From Akkermansiaceae bacterium UBA956 (GTDB taxonomy: Bacteria > Verrucomicrobiota > Verrucomicrobiia > Verrucomicrobiales > Akkermansiaceae), in contig DBCO01000010.1 in NCBI GenBank assembly GCA_002293145.1, forward strand, positions 217,759 to 281,758: a stretch of DNA of 64,000 nt, read 5' to 3'. Of this stretch, positions 53,095 to 62,911 are shown in pieces; the stretch's first letter is position 1; the number at the start of each line of letters is the position of its first letter. The position numbers and the translations under genes are program-made. The notes beneath the pieces are model-generated. The model ran no database searches, was not told where the DNA came from, and was given only the letters and a program-made list of their open reading frames with translations.

Positions 53095-54054
53095 ATGCCA
53101 ACCGACGCCATTCTCGCTTGCACGCGCCTTTATCTCGATGTCGATCCAACGGTTTCGATCACGATGACTCCTATCAAAAAGGGAGCGTCAGGTCGCACAA
53201 TCGTGCGCGTGGTGCGCGCCGGTCAAATGCCATTCATCGGAGTGCATTGGAAGCCGGAACGGCCAGATAACGAAAAATTTGTGCCAGTCGCTCGATTTCT
53301 CAAAAAGTGTAAGGTGAATGTGCCGGAGATCTTTTATGAGAATCGTAACAAGCGAGTGGCCTTGGTTGAGGATCTCGGAGATGTGGATTTGCTCTCATTG
53401 CGTGATCGATCATTTGCGGAGCGAGCTCCGTTCTATCGATCAGCGTTGGAGCAGATTGACAAATTGTTTTACGCGCGCACGCCGAAGGATCTTGAATTGA
53501 TGCCGTCATTTGACGAGGGTATGTATCGCTGGGAGCAAGAATATTTTATGGATCATCTGGCGGTGGATTTTCTTGGCATGGATGCCGGACCGCTACGCCG
53601 CAGTGAAGAGCTGCTCGCCTTGGCCAAACGCATGGGTGCCTCGGCGAAGCATTTGGTGCATCGCGACTTCCAATCGCAAAACATCCTCGTGCATGATGAG
53701 CAGTGCTTTTTGATCGACTTTCAGGGCTTGCGGAGGGGGCGGCAAGAATATGATTTAGCATCGCTGCTGTATGACCCCTATATGAATCACAATGCGGAGG
53801 AAAGGGAGCTGATTCTCGACATTTGGGAGCAGATATCCGAAGACCGCCCTGCGGAAAGGGTGCTGCGTGATTGTGCAACACAACGCTTGATGCAGGCACT
53901 GGGTGCCTATGGTAACCTCCTAGAAAACAAAGGTGACGACTGGTACGCACCGTACATTCCTGTGGCAGCGGCTTTGTTGTTGGAAGTAGTTGCCAATACA
54001 GCACTGGAAGATGTGCTGGCACCGTATCTGAAGCAAGCGCTGAAGGCTCGTTGA
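53095..54054 (+). CDS. aminoglycoside-phosphotransferase-fold kinase, AmgK-like (anomeric MurNAc/GlcNAc kinase family)
   Basis: Catalytic loop LVHRDFQSQNILV, followed by FLIDFQGLRRGRQEYDLASLLYDPY. About 320 aa from the ATG at 53095. Confidence 0.7.
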   Translation: MPTDAILACTRLYLDVDPTVSITMTPIKKGASGRTIVRVVRAGQMPFIGVHWKPERPDNEKFVPVARFLKKCKVNVPEIFYENRNKRVALVEDLGDVDLLSLRDRSFAERAPFYRSALEQIDKLFYARTPKDLELMPSFDEGMYRWEQEYFMDHLAVDFLGMDAGPLRRSEELLALAKRMGASAKHLVHRDFQSQNILVHDEQCFLIDFQGLRRGRQEYDLASLLYDPYMNHNAEERELILDIWEQISEDRPAERVLRDCATQRLMQALGAYGNLLENKGDDWYAPYIPVAAALLLEVVANTALEDVLAPYLKQALKAR

Positions 54055-54118
54055 TTTTGCAATCTGTTAGGTGCGGACTCGGCACATAGTATGTAGTCTG
54101 GTTGAATACCAAACGCCG

Positions 54119-55426
54119 ATGGCAATGAAACTTAATGATGTCCTGAATGCAGGCAAGCCTCTGTGGCAACGCGTAGCTCTGGCTTTTGTGGGCGCGCTGG
54201 TGATGTGGTTTTTGTTAGCCTATGCACCAGTGGTCCGGCAAGTGGAGCGGGGATGCAGTCGGGTGATTGCGTGGGTGTTATTTCCAAGACATGATTTGCA
54301 CGAAGGTGAAGGTACTCGAGCGGATCCTTTTCGGATCGAAACACTACAAGCGCCCGCCCCTGTTGTGCCGCCATTTGTCATCGGTATCAAGGAGTCAGAG
54401 CAAAGCGTATTTGATGTCTATCCGCTTTCAGCAAGTGACTATGCTGTGTTGTTGCAGGAGTTGCATCTGAATGAAGTGCCTCGCGTGATGCTTGGTGGTA
54501 ACTTGGCTTGGACTGATGCAGATCCATTTGCGCTGGATGCGCTCGAGCAGCTCTCAGGAAAATTTGAGCGATGCATTACTAGTGCTGCGGTGATGCGCGC
54601 AGCGACTGATGCGGCGGTGCCCGCTGCGTTTTTGCGAGCCTCAGTGGCCGTTGCTGATGTGAAAGGTGATGTGCTCTCGCTGCCTCGCGTGAGTCAACTC
54701 GCGCTGCCCCAGACATTTTTGGGGCAAGAAAAAACGTGGGCAGGATTCTCTCGGATTGAGACATTGGAAACCAATCCAGCTACTACGTATATCGTAGCTC
54801 GATGGGGCGATCGATTGATTTTTTCATCGACGTTTCTCGCGCTACTGGCTCAGGAACAAGTTGAGCTGGAGGAATTGAAAATCCGTGTGGGGCACTCGAT
54901 TCAGCTACCGCGCTCGGGTAAGCGCATCGGGCTTGATGTATACGGCCGCGCTTCTTTAGATCCGATCACTTTGCCGGCGGTGGATTTGCAAGCGGAAATG
55001 TTGATCCGTCCCGAGCCTGCAACGCTGGCTTTAATCAATGATAAGAATCGCATTGTGCATTTGTTAGATCAAGCAGATGGCTCGCCGAGCGAGGAACAGC
55101 AGCGCTGTCTCTGGACGATGGCTCAGGCTCCGTTATTGCGGCAGAGCGTGCTGCTGGTTCGTCTGCCGGGCTGGGCTGAGATTTTATTATGCGCGGCTTT
55201 TTGTTTGCAGTTGATCACCATGGGGTCGATGCAGGCATGGACTCGCTTCATTGCTGTGGCATTGCTTTTGGTATTGTGGTTGTTGGCGGTCCGCTTTGCT
55301 CATACCTGGATTCCTTTGAGTCCTTTGGGCACTGCCGTGGTTATCGTGATGATGGGTGGGCGAGCTCGTAATGGGGGGGCTTTTGGGCGGAAAAAAATCG
55401 GTCGGATTGAGCAACCCGCAAACTAG
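54119..55426 (+). CDS. CHASE2-like membrane protein without an output domain
   Basis: N-terminal TM (VALAFVGALVMWFLLAY), a ~300-aa extracytoplasmic region with FVIGIKESEQSVFDVYPLSASDYAVLLQEL...VMLGGNLAW (CHASE2-like pattern), then three C-terminal TM segments and the end of the protein. Confidence 0.5.
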   Translation: MAMKLNDVLNAGKPLWQRVALAFVGALVMWFLLAYAPVVRQVERGCSRVIAWVLFPRHDLHEGEGTRADPFRIETLQAPAPVVPPFVIGIKESEQSVFDVYPLSASDYAVLLQELHLNEVPRVMLGGNLAWTDADPFALDALEQLSGKFERCITSAAVMRAATDAAVPAAFLRASVAVADVKGDVLSLPRVSQLALPQTFLGQEKTWAGFSRIETLETNPATTYIVARWGDRLIFSSTFLALLAQEQVELEELKIRVGHSIQLPRSGKRIGLDVYGRASLDPITLPAVDLQAEMLIRPEPATLALINDKNRIVHLLDQADGSPSEEQQRCLWTMAQAPLLRQSVLLVRLPGWAEILLCAAFCLQLITMGSMQAWTRFIAVALLLVLWLLAVRFAHTWIPLSPLGTAVVIVMMGGRARNGGAFGRKKIGRIEQPAN

Positions 55427-55615
55427 CTCATTGAAAATTGAGCCCCTGCCACCGCGTGTGACGAGCAAGAAAATGATCGCGCCACATGAAGAGACAGCCG
55501 CGCCTGTGATCGCGAAAAAGGTAGCGCGGCAAGCGGGGTAGAAGACCGCGAAGAAATCTAGATGCAAGGGAAAGAAAGACTGAACGAGTTTTTTTGAAGC
55601 GTAGGCTTGCGATGA

Positions 55616-58600
55616 TTGCGCGGATCTGACAGCCTTGTCTGCGTGCCTGATGGTGAACTGAGATCGGAGGAAGAGCCCCTATGGAAACGGCGAACATTTG
55701 CGTTTTTGCGGATGATTCCCGGCGTCGGGCGTCTGCGTTTTTTGCGTCCGGGCACTGATGCCTTGTTAGGTCCTCTGATTGATGTTTTCGCGGCTTTTGC
55801 CATTGCCGACCAAAGCGTGGATGATGATGAAGCTGACCTCATTCTTGATCTGTTGCGAGCGGCATTTCCTGAGGTGGACCACGGTTGGTTGGCCAGGCGC
55901 TTGCAGCGTTCCGTGCGCTCGCCGCGATCCTTGGAAGCGCTAGCAGCGGAACTGCACGAGCGGTTGGACGATGTCGGAAAGTTGGCATTGGCCTTCCAGC
56001 TTTGGGCATTGGTGGATGCGGCGGGCCGATCAGCGCCTCTGCGCGAAACTTTTGACGGCTTCATGCGTCGCCTCGGTCGCCCTGATTACGGTCAGGAAAT
56101 TCTGCGAGAAATGGCAGAGGATGATGAAATGGTGCTTACTGGGAATTTTGAGCGCGTGACATTTGGCGATAGCAAAGCGGATGTCATTTTGCCGCCGCAA
56201 GCTGCGGAACACCGCTTCCGCGTCTATCGCGTCGGTGATTTGATGATGCTGCGCAACACCGGTGTGATGCCTGTATGGGTGCGTGGGCGCTCGTTAGAAA
56301 GCGGGAGTTTTTTGCGGATGCGCGAGGGGCAAGCTCTGGTCGTGCCGGGCTGGACCTTACTGCACGAGGATTTGGTGCATTTCCTCAATGTAAAAAAAAC
56401 CGGGCTGATGCCGCGGATGCACATCGCAGCGAGCGACAAGGGCATCACTGTGGAGCGCGCGCGCACGCGCCAAAGTCTGGCAGTGTTGCGATTCGGCCTT
56501 CAGGTGGAGGTGGAGGCTTACCGCGCTTGTGATTTGCAAGTTGGCCAGGCGCAAGGACTGGATGTGGGGCAGGTGGTGAAATGCAATCACCACACGCGCT
56601 TGATCGATCCCGATGGGGCCACCGTCGATCTTGAAGCTCTGCGCAAGCAAGCCATTAAGGCTGGCGGGAGATTTCGCATTGACAACAAGCGTAAGCGCTT
56701 TCGCGTGTCGAATGATCCTTCAGCACTTGGAAAAGGCGATTTGTTGATTTCGGCAGGCTTGGCGCCGCGTGTGGTATTAGAAATGCGCTATGTGCCTGAG
56801 GAGTCTGCGGGCTATGTGGAAGTTATCGCTGCTGATGGTCCTGTGACTGTGGGCGAGCATGCGCTGCGTGGTGTGACGCGCCTTGATGAAGGGGCGCTCA
56901 TTCGGATTTCTCCTCGTCAAGCTCTGCGTTGTCGATTTTCTGAAAGCTTGATTGATGAAGAGCGACAGGTGATCGAGTCGTTAAAAATCGAGGATCTAAT
57001 CCACGACTTTACGCCGCAGGTGCGTGCTCTCGACAACTTGAGCTTCATGGTGAAGCGTGGCGAAATGATGTGTATTATTGGCCCGAGTGGTTCGGGTAAA
57101 TCGACCTTACTCGCGGCGCTCTCGGGGCAGCTCGAACCAACGCGTGGTCATGTTCGTCTTAATGGCACCTCGCTCTATCGAAATCGTGCGGAGCTCGTGC
57201 GCTTGATTGCGCGGATGGCACAAGAGGAGGCATTGTTTCCTTTGTTAACCGTACGTGAGCATCTGCGTCATGCGGCATCGATCCGCCGACCAGTTCAATC
57301 TGCGGCGGACCGTGAGCGGCGCATCGACCTAGTGCTCGCCGATTTGGGTCTGCAAGGTTTATCGCACCGCCTCGTGGGTGCTGCGGGAGAGAAAGCCTTG
57401 TCGGGCGGGGAAAGATCGCGTTTGAACTTGGGCTTGGATTTGCTCAGTGCGGCAGAAGTTTTTTTGTTTGATGAGCCGATCTCTGGTTTATCATCGAAGG
57501 ATTCAGAGCATGTAGCAGAAACGCTGCGGGCCATGTCACGGGATAAAATTGTGATCTGTTCGCTGCATCGGCCTGGGGCTCAGGTGCTGCGCTTGTTCGA
57601 TAAAGTTTTGTTGTTAGACTCGGGCGGACGCATGGCTTACTATGGATCGCCGCACGAGATGATGGAGTATTTTCGTGTCGCTTGCGTCGAGCTCAGCATC
57701 GCGCATCCATCATTGGTTGGTCGCTCGCCATTGGGCGCGGATTTTGTTTTCGATATATTAGAAACGCCGCTCAATACCATTGGTGGTGGGCAAAATCCTT
57801 TGGCAGCACGACGTTTCCCTCCGACCTTTTGGCAAGAGCGCTTTGAGAGTGAGACCTTGATCGAGTCGCTGCAACGAGTGGGCGATGTGCCATCGCGGTT
57901 GAGTGGTGGTGAGAAATCTGCATTGGATGGACCGTTTCCCAGGCGGCGGCGGCGGCGCGTGCGTGAGATTTTTTCGGTGTTTACAACGCATTTTCAGCGC
58001 TCGTTGCTTTCGAAAGTGCGGGCGCGTGGCACGCTGTATTCAACTCTGCTGGAGGCTCCCATTCTTGCGGCCTTGATTGCCTTCACACTGCGCTCATCAC
58101 CTGCGGGTAAGTATGAATTCGACACGGCTTTGCACATGCCTGCATATCTCTTCCTCAGCGTCACGGTGGCGATGTTTTTGGGGCTAACAAATTCTGCGAC
58201 CGAGATTTTGCGCGATCGTGCGGTGATTCGGCGCGAGCGCAATTGCTATCCAGGTGGCGACTTGTATGTGGCGGCAAAATGGCTGGCCTTAGCTCTGGTG
58301 GCGATGTTGCAGTGCGGCGCGTATCTTGCCGTGGCGCATCCGTTATTAGAAATCCGCGGCATGTTTTTGGAGCATTGGTTGTGGATGACCTTGACGGCAT
58401 GGACGGGGACATCTCTGGCCTTATTGGTCTCGGCCTTGGTCAAAACGGAACGCGCGGCCTTGACCTCGGTGCCACTTTTGTTAGTGCCGCAGATGCTTCT
58501 TGCTGGCGCGTTGGTGCCGTTTAAGGAGATGAATCGCGCGATGTTTGACGATGGTTCAATCAATCGCGAGCGTGGCGGCACTCCTGTTCCCGCTCAAATC

Positions 58601-59227
58601 ATGCCGCTGCGTTATGCATATGAGGCTATGGTGGTGGCGCAGGCGACGCGCAATCCTTTTGAAAAGGAACGCATGCGTATTCAGCGGAGGATTGATGATC
58701 TCGCGGCAACGCGTGAGCTGACCAAAGAAAGTGCCGAGAGATTGGAGATATTGAAGTTATCCTTGACCAAGTTGTTAGGCGCGGGGGCGAGTCATGCATC
58801 TGATGGACAGATCATTGCGGAGGAAATATCTTATCTTGCCCGCAATGGTACGCGTGAGCAATGTGAAGCACTAGAAGTCTGGCCCGAGGGAGAAGATCCG
58901 CGCAAGGTAAAATCGATTGCTGATTTTTTTGTGAATTCAAGGATTGATTTGATGACACGCGAGGCGGAAACACTGCGTACGGATTATCGCAATCAAAAAG
59001 CGCGGTCGATTTTCCTCGCCTTGCGACAGCCGATGTTTTGGGCGGACAATAATGAGCCAGTGGAAGTCGAGAAAAGCGGCCCCGGTGTGGTCGAGGCCGT
59101 GCCCGAGCGCAAGCAAGAGTGGATGGAAACAGACCGGCGCAATGGCTTTGCGCTGGGTCTGTTGATCTTCCTCTGCCCCGGCCTAACGGGATGGATCTTG
59201 CGACGTCAAAATCGCAATGTGAAGTGA
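55616..59227 (+). CDS. TerB-like + two FHA-like domains + ABC ATPase + ABC-2 (ABCG-type) permease fusion protein
   Basis: TerB-like FAIADQSVDDDEADLILDLLRAAF. FHA-like VTFGDSKADVILPP..HRFRVYRVGDLMMLRNTG..VWVRGR and a second at RFRVSNDPS...VTVGEHAL. NBD motifs: Walker A GPSGSGKST, signature LSGGERSRL, Walker B FLFDEPISGLS, and SLHRP. Six or more TM segments follow, then a ~230-aa tail with a final TM. The start is uncertain (TTG 55616 or ATG 55712). Confidence 0.85.
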   Translation: MRGSDSLVCVPDGELRSEEEPLWKRRTFAFLRMIPGVGRLRFLRPGTDALLGPLIDVFAAFAIADQSVDDDEADLILDLLRAAFPEVDHGWLARRLQRSVRSPRSLEALAAELHERLDDVGKLALAFQLWALVDAAGRSAPLRETFDGFMRRLGRPDYGQEILREMAEDDEMVLTGNFERVTFGDSKADVILPPQAAEHRFRVYRVGDLMMLRNTGVMPVWVRGRSLESGSFLRMREGQALVVPGWTLLHEDLVHFLNVKKTGLMPRMHIAASDKGITVERARTRQSLAVLRFGLQVEVEAYRACDLQVGQAQGLDVGQVVKCNHHTRLIDPDGATVDLEALRKQAIKAGGRFRIDNKRKRFRVSNDPSALGKGDLLISAGLAPRVVLEMRYVPEESAGYVEVIAADGPVTVGEHALRGVTRLDEGALIRISPRQALRCRFSESLIDEERQVIESLKIEDLIHDFTPQVRALDNLSFMVKRGEMMCIIGPSGSGKSTLLAALSGQLEPTRGHVRLNGTSLYRNRAELVRLIARMAQEEALFPLLTVREHLRHAASIRRPVQSAADRERRIDLVLADLGLQGLSHRLVGAAGEKALSGGERSRLNLGLDLLSAAEVFLFDEPISGLSSKDSEHVAETLRAMSRDKIVICSLHRPGAQVLRLFDKVLLLDSGGRMAYYGSPHEMMEYFRVACVELSIAHPSLVGRSPLGADFVFDILETPLNTIGGGQNPLAARRFPPTFWQERFESETLIESLQRVGDVPSRLSGGEKSALDGPFPRRRRRRVREIFSVFTTHFQRSLLSKVRARGTLYSTLLEAPILAALIAFTLRSSPAGKYEFDTALHMPAYLFLSVTVAMFLGLTNSATEILRDRAVIRRERNCYPGGDLYVAAKWLALALVAMLQCGAYLAVAHPLLEIRGMFLEHWLWMTLTAWTGTSLALLVSALVKTERAALTSVPLLLVPQMLLAGALVPFKEMNRAMFDDGSINRERGGTPVPAQIMPLRYAYEAMVVAQATRNPFEKERMRIQRRIDDLAATRELTKESAERLEILKLSLTKLLGAGASHASDGQIIAEEISYLARNGTREQCEALEVWPEGEDPRKVKSIADFFVNSRIDLMTREAETLRTDYRNQKARSIFLALRQPMFWADNNEPVEVEKSGPGVVEAVPERKQEWMETDRRNGFALGLLIFLCPGLTGWILRRQNRNVK

Positions 59228-59360
59228 AGACGCGCTTCCCATTCGTCCGCATTTTGCATGATGGCAAACTTTTAGATTGAAGCGCAATACATTGCGATTA
59301 CATTGAGTGTGTCTGATGTCGCAAAGGTCAGAGTAAACTCTGTGCTAATCCCCAAATGCA

Positions 59361-62300
59361 ATGAACCCTACTTTTGTTAACTTCCTCGGCGATAACCCAG
59401 GAGCCCGTGGTCGATTTCCTCGTGATTTTACGCAGGCTCGTGGCTTTACTCTGATTGTCACGATCTCGTTGTTGGTGCTGCTAACTTTGATCGTGGTAGG
59501 CCTTCTTTCTTTGTCTGCCGTGAGTTTGCGCGCCAGTTCTCATGGGGCTTCTATCTCGATAGCACGAGCGAATGCGCGGCTCTCCGTGATGATGGCATTG
59601 GGTGAGTTGCAAAACACAATGGGTTCAGATCGCAACATCACTGCGCCCGCGAGCATTCTCGATAAAAATCCAGAAACAGTGCAAGCAGATGGAGTAAAAC
59701 ACCCGCGTTACTCGGGAGTATGGCAAGCTCGTGCTGAAACCATCGATGCGATGCCAGATTATTCTCGTGAGCCATTTTTTCGTGAATGGTTGGTGTCTCA
59801 TCGGGATCAATCAGCGCTTCAGAAACTCGATTTTGCGGAAAATGGCACGCTGCCTGATCCAGTAACCATTTACGAAATTAAAACCTCGGCAAACGATACG
59901 GAGCAAGTTCAGGCGGGGAAAGTTCCCACTGACAATGGAGCTCTGGCATGGTATGTGATCGACGAAAATTGCAAAGCTTCGATCAATCGGCGAGATGAGC
60001 GTGAGCGCGCAGGGGATGAAAACATTGCCGATCTCCTCGCAGGTTATGCAACACCTGGAACTCAAGGTATTACAGCATTGGATGAGTTTGAAGAATTTCC
60101 TGCAAATACCACCACAAGTGATAAATTCTACTCCATCAATTCTCTATCGCTCGCAGAAAAAGGAGAAAAGTATTTTCAATCACACGCGCACCTCACGCCT
60201 TATGCAGAAAGCGTTTTAGCCAATGTCACGACGGGCTCATTGCGTAAGGATTTGAGTTTGTATCTTGAGCGGACGGATTTGAGTTGGCAAGCTGGCTGGG
60301 GTTTGGCTGGGGGGCAATCGGGACTGCCGCGGAGTCCGCTTGGTCCTAACAAGTTGATTTCACTCAGCGCTCCGAACCAATACGACGTTCTATCGTGGAA
60401 AAATCTCTACCATTGGTCTCAAATGCATCGCCAGCAACTGCGCTCGGGGGCTTTGCAGTTTGCGGCCATGGATAATCAAGCTGCAGTTCATCAGCTCACA
60501 AATCCATCATGGAACAGCTCCGTCACCCGCATTGCCCCCGTAATGATGCGTATGCAGATGGTTCTCTCCTATAGCATGCGGAGAACGGATGCGAGTGCTC
60601 CACCTGATGCGAATGGCGAATCCGAATATGAGCTATTGATGCATGCGTATCCAGTCGTCACGCTGTGGAATCCTTTCAATGTTTCAATGTTTGTAAGAGA
60701 GTGGAGTTGTTTTCTTCACACACTACCCTTGGAGCATACGATATTCAAAAATGATGCGAAAGTTACGATGACGGAAGAAGGTTCTAAAAATGGAACATTC
60801 AATTGGGGTTGGCCTCGGGGTAACATGACGATGCGCGTGGGAGGAAGTACTGGTCCATCGGTCACGTTAGCTCCTGGTGAATCAAAATTGCTCACCTATA
60901 AAACCGCGCAAGCGGGTGGGTTCAATGCTCACGATATGACTGAGCAATTCAATGCATGGTTGCCTAGTGCCGCAGGGGAGCCGCGTATCGCTGGGAAAAT
61001 TCGGGCAAAATCGAGTGATTCCATTTCTGTGCGCACGGAGATGTCGCGATGGGAGACAAGTGGCACTTCGTATTCAGGGGCTGACTTTCAGACAACTTTT
61101 GATTTCCGTTGTGAGCCGCGTGCCGTGCATGCAGGACATGATCAAAACTTTCTCAAATTTATGTTTTGTGGCCAAGTGGGATGGCGGCATGAGGCAGGAA
61201 ATCCCAGCCCCATCACAGTCTCCGAAAGAAATTATCCCAAGAAAACTGTCGCTGCATTGTTGAACACGGCGTCACCCTTTATCAACCTGGATGTCCGATA
61301 CAAGACACTCGATGAGCAACAGTTGCCTAACAAAAGCTGGCTGCATAATATTCCCATGCATCCATATGCTGCGGCAACTTCCACGAGTAAGCATGCCAGT
61401 AAAGGTGTCGATGCCAAAACCCCGTTCTTTTCGCATCCCTATGCCATTAACTTCGAGCAGATCAATGGCATTGCAGGTGTCGTGCAAAATCGTCCGTTCA
61501 TTGGTTTGAGCAATCGCCCCGGTGGCGAGCCACGCATCGCCGCGGTTTCCGTTCCGCTTGCGCCTCTTACGTCGTTGGCACAGTTGCAAAATTTACCACT
61601 TTTGCCCATTGAAGCGCTGAATTGGAGTGGACATTATTTGCAAAATCAAGCGATCGGTAACTCATACGCGATGCCGGGGCTAGCACCAACTGCCATCAAA
61701 CAGACATCGTTTCCCTTTTACTTGGGGCAATATTTTGCGTGGCAAGGTGGCGATATTGCAGGGAATACGTACCAAGCAAAAAATGCATTCAATAACGCGG
61801 ACTATACCATCAGTGCGGCGCCTGCATCACTCGTAGATCGGAGCTATGTGGCGAATCATTTGCTCTTCGATGAATACTTTTTCTCCTCGATGTCTGCGCA
61901 AACGGGGCCGATCTTTAAAAAATACGGGAAGGAGAGAACTTTGAAGGTTGTGGTCGAAGATTTCTACAATAACAACAGGCGTCTTCCCATTGCGGCGTAT
62001 CGCCCCTATCTCAGCGGTAAAGAAGTTACCCCTGAACGTCTCGTGCCACTATTGACTTCGAGAGCGGGGTCAACGGCTACCGCCCACCTCATTGCTGCCA
62101 GCCGCATGATGGTAGAAGGAGGCTTTAACATCAATTCCACATCTGAGCCTGCCTGGCGCGCCATGCTTGCTGCGGCGCATTTAAAACGTCCTGTAACGAT
62201 GAACGGTAATACTCTGAAGGCGGAAAAGGCTTCAAAATTTCTCGTCAATCGACACTCCGCACCATTAGCTGGCGCTGCGGGCAATGGCTCGGGTACCGCA

Positions 62301-62897
62301 GAAGAATCCAATCGTTGGTTAGGATATCGCGAACTTACGGAAGAAGAAATGGAACAACTCGCCGAAGCCATCGTTCGCCAAGTCAAACTCCGCGGCCCAT
62401 TCCGCTCGCTCGGCGAGTTCGTCAATCGACGTCGTTCTTCCGATACAGAGATGGCGCGCTACGGAGCTCTTCAAGCTGCTCTCGAAGACCCCAAGGTGGA
62501 TATTAATAAAAATTATCGTGGCTCTGGGAATGAAATTTCTTCGGCAAATATTGCCGGCACCAACTACAAGTTTCCTGCTGCTGCGCTGGGCTCAAAGTTT
62601 CAAGGCACCCCAGCCTACATTTCTCAAGCGGACATTTTGACTCCCATGGCTCCCATCATCCAAGCCCGTTCTGATACCTTTGTCATTCGCGGCTATGGTG
62701 AGGCAAAAGCGAAGAATGGAGCCATCATTGCGCGCGCCAGTTGCGAGGCCGTGGTTCAGCGAGTCCCCGATTTTGTTGACTCGCTAGATGCTGCTGATGT
62801 TGCAGAAAATCTTCTCAAATCACCGATCAATCGAGTATTCGGCCGACGTTTTGTTGTAAAATCTTTCCGCTGGCTTGCCGATAGCAGCGAAATCTAA
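59361..62897 (+). CDS. giant (1178 aa) GspK/PilX-like pseudopilin-type protein, cassette B
   Basis: ARG|FTLIVTISLLVLLTLIVVGLL, ARANARLSVMMALGELQ, central PVVTLWNPFNV, and the C-terminal motifs FNINSTSEPAW, RGPFRSLGEFVNRRR and RSDTFVIRGYGE...AVVQR. It is collinear with ORF 26160-29693 along its whole length. Confidence 0.75.
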   Translation: MNPTFVNFLGDNPGARGRFPRDFTQARGFTLIVTISLLVLLTLIVVGLLSLSAVSLRASSHGASISIARANARLSVMMALGELQNTMGSDRNITAPASILDKNPETVQADGVKHPRYSGVWQARAETIDAMPDYSREPFFREWLVSHRDQSALQKLDFAENGTLPDPVTIYEIKTSANDTEQVQAGKVPTDNGALAWYVIDENCKASINRRDERERAGDENIADLLAGYATPGTQGITALDEFEEFPANTTTSDKFYSINSLSLAEKGEKYFQSHAHLTPYAESVLANVTTGSLRKDLSLYLERTDLSWQAGWGLAGGQSGLPRSPLGPNKLISLSAPNQYDVLSWKNLYHWSQMHRQQLRSGALQFAAMDNQAAVHQLTNPSWNSSVTRIAPVMMRMQMVLSYSMRRTDASAPPDANGESEYELLMHAYPVVTLWNPFNVSMFVREWSCFLHTLPLEHTIFKNDAKVTMTEEGSKNGTFNWGWPRGNMTMRVGGSTGPSVTLAPGESKLLTYKTAQAGGFNAHDMTEQFNAWLPSAAGEPRIAGKIRAKSSDSISVRTEMSRWETSGTSYSGADFQTTFDFRCEPRAVHAGHDQNFLKFMFCGQVGWRHEAGNPSPITVSERNYPKKTVAALLNTASPFINLDVRYKTLDEQQLPNKSWLHNIPMHPYAAATSTSKHASKGVDAKTPFFSHPYAINFEQINGIAGVVQNRPFIGLSNRPGGEPRIAAVSVPLAPLTSLAQLQNLPLLPIEALNWSGHYLQNQAIGNSYAMPGLAPTAIKQTSFPFYLGQYFAWQGGDIAGNTYQAKNAFNNADYTISAAPASLVDRSYVANHLLFDEYFFSSMSAQTGPIFKKYGKERTLKVVVEDFYNNNRRLPIAAYRPYLSGKEVTPERLVPLLTSRAGSTATAHLIAASRMMVEGGFNINSTSEPAWRAMLAAAHLKRPVTMNGNTLKAEKASKFLVNRHSAPLAGAAGNGSGTAEESNRWLGYRELTEEEMEQLAEAIVRQVKLRGPFRSLGEFVNRRRSSDTEMARYGALQAALEDPKVDINKNYRGSGNEISSANIAGTNYKFPAAALGSKFQGTPAYISQADILTPMAPIIQARSDTFVIRGYGEAKAKNGAIIARASCEAVVQRVPDFVDSLDAADVAENLLKSPINRVFGRRFVVKSFRWLADSSEI

Positions 62898-62911
62898 TCT
62901 CATCATTTTCT

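Noticed and set aside
52034-54169. 204-aa (52034-52648) and 207-aa (53546-54169) minus-strand ORFs
   Set aside because: They are antisense to the 303-aa gene and to the AmgK-like kinase respectively. They are Ser/Pro/Arg-rich and lack motifs.
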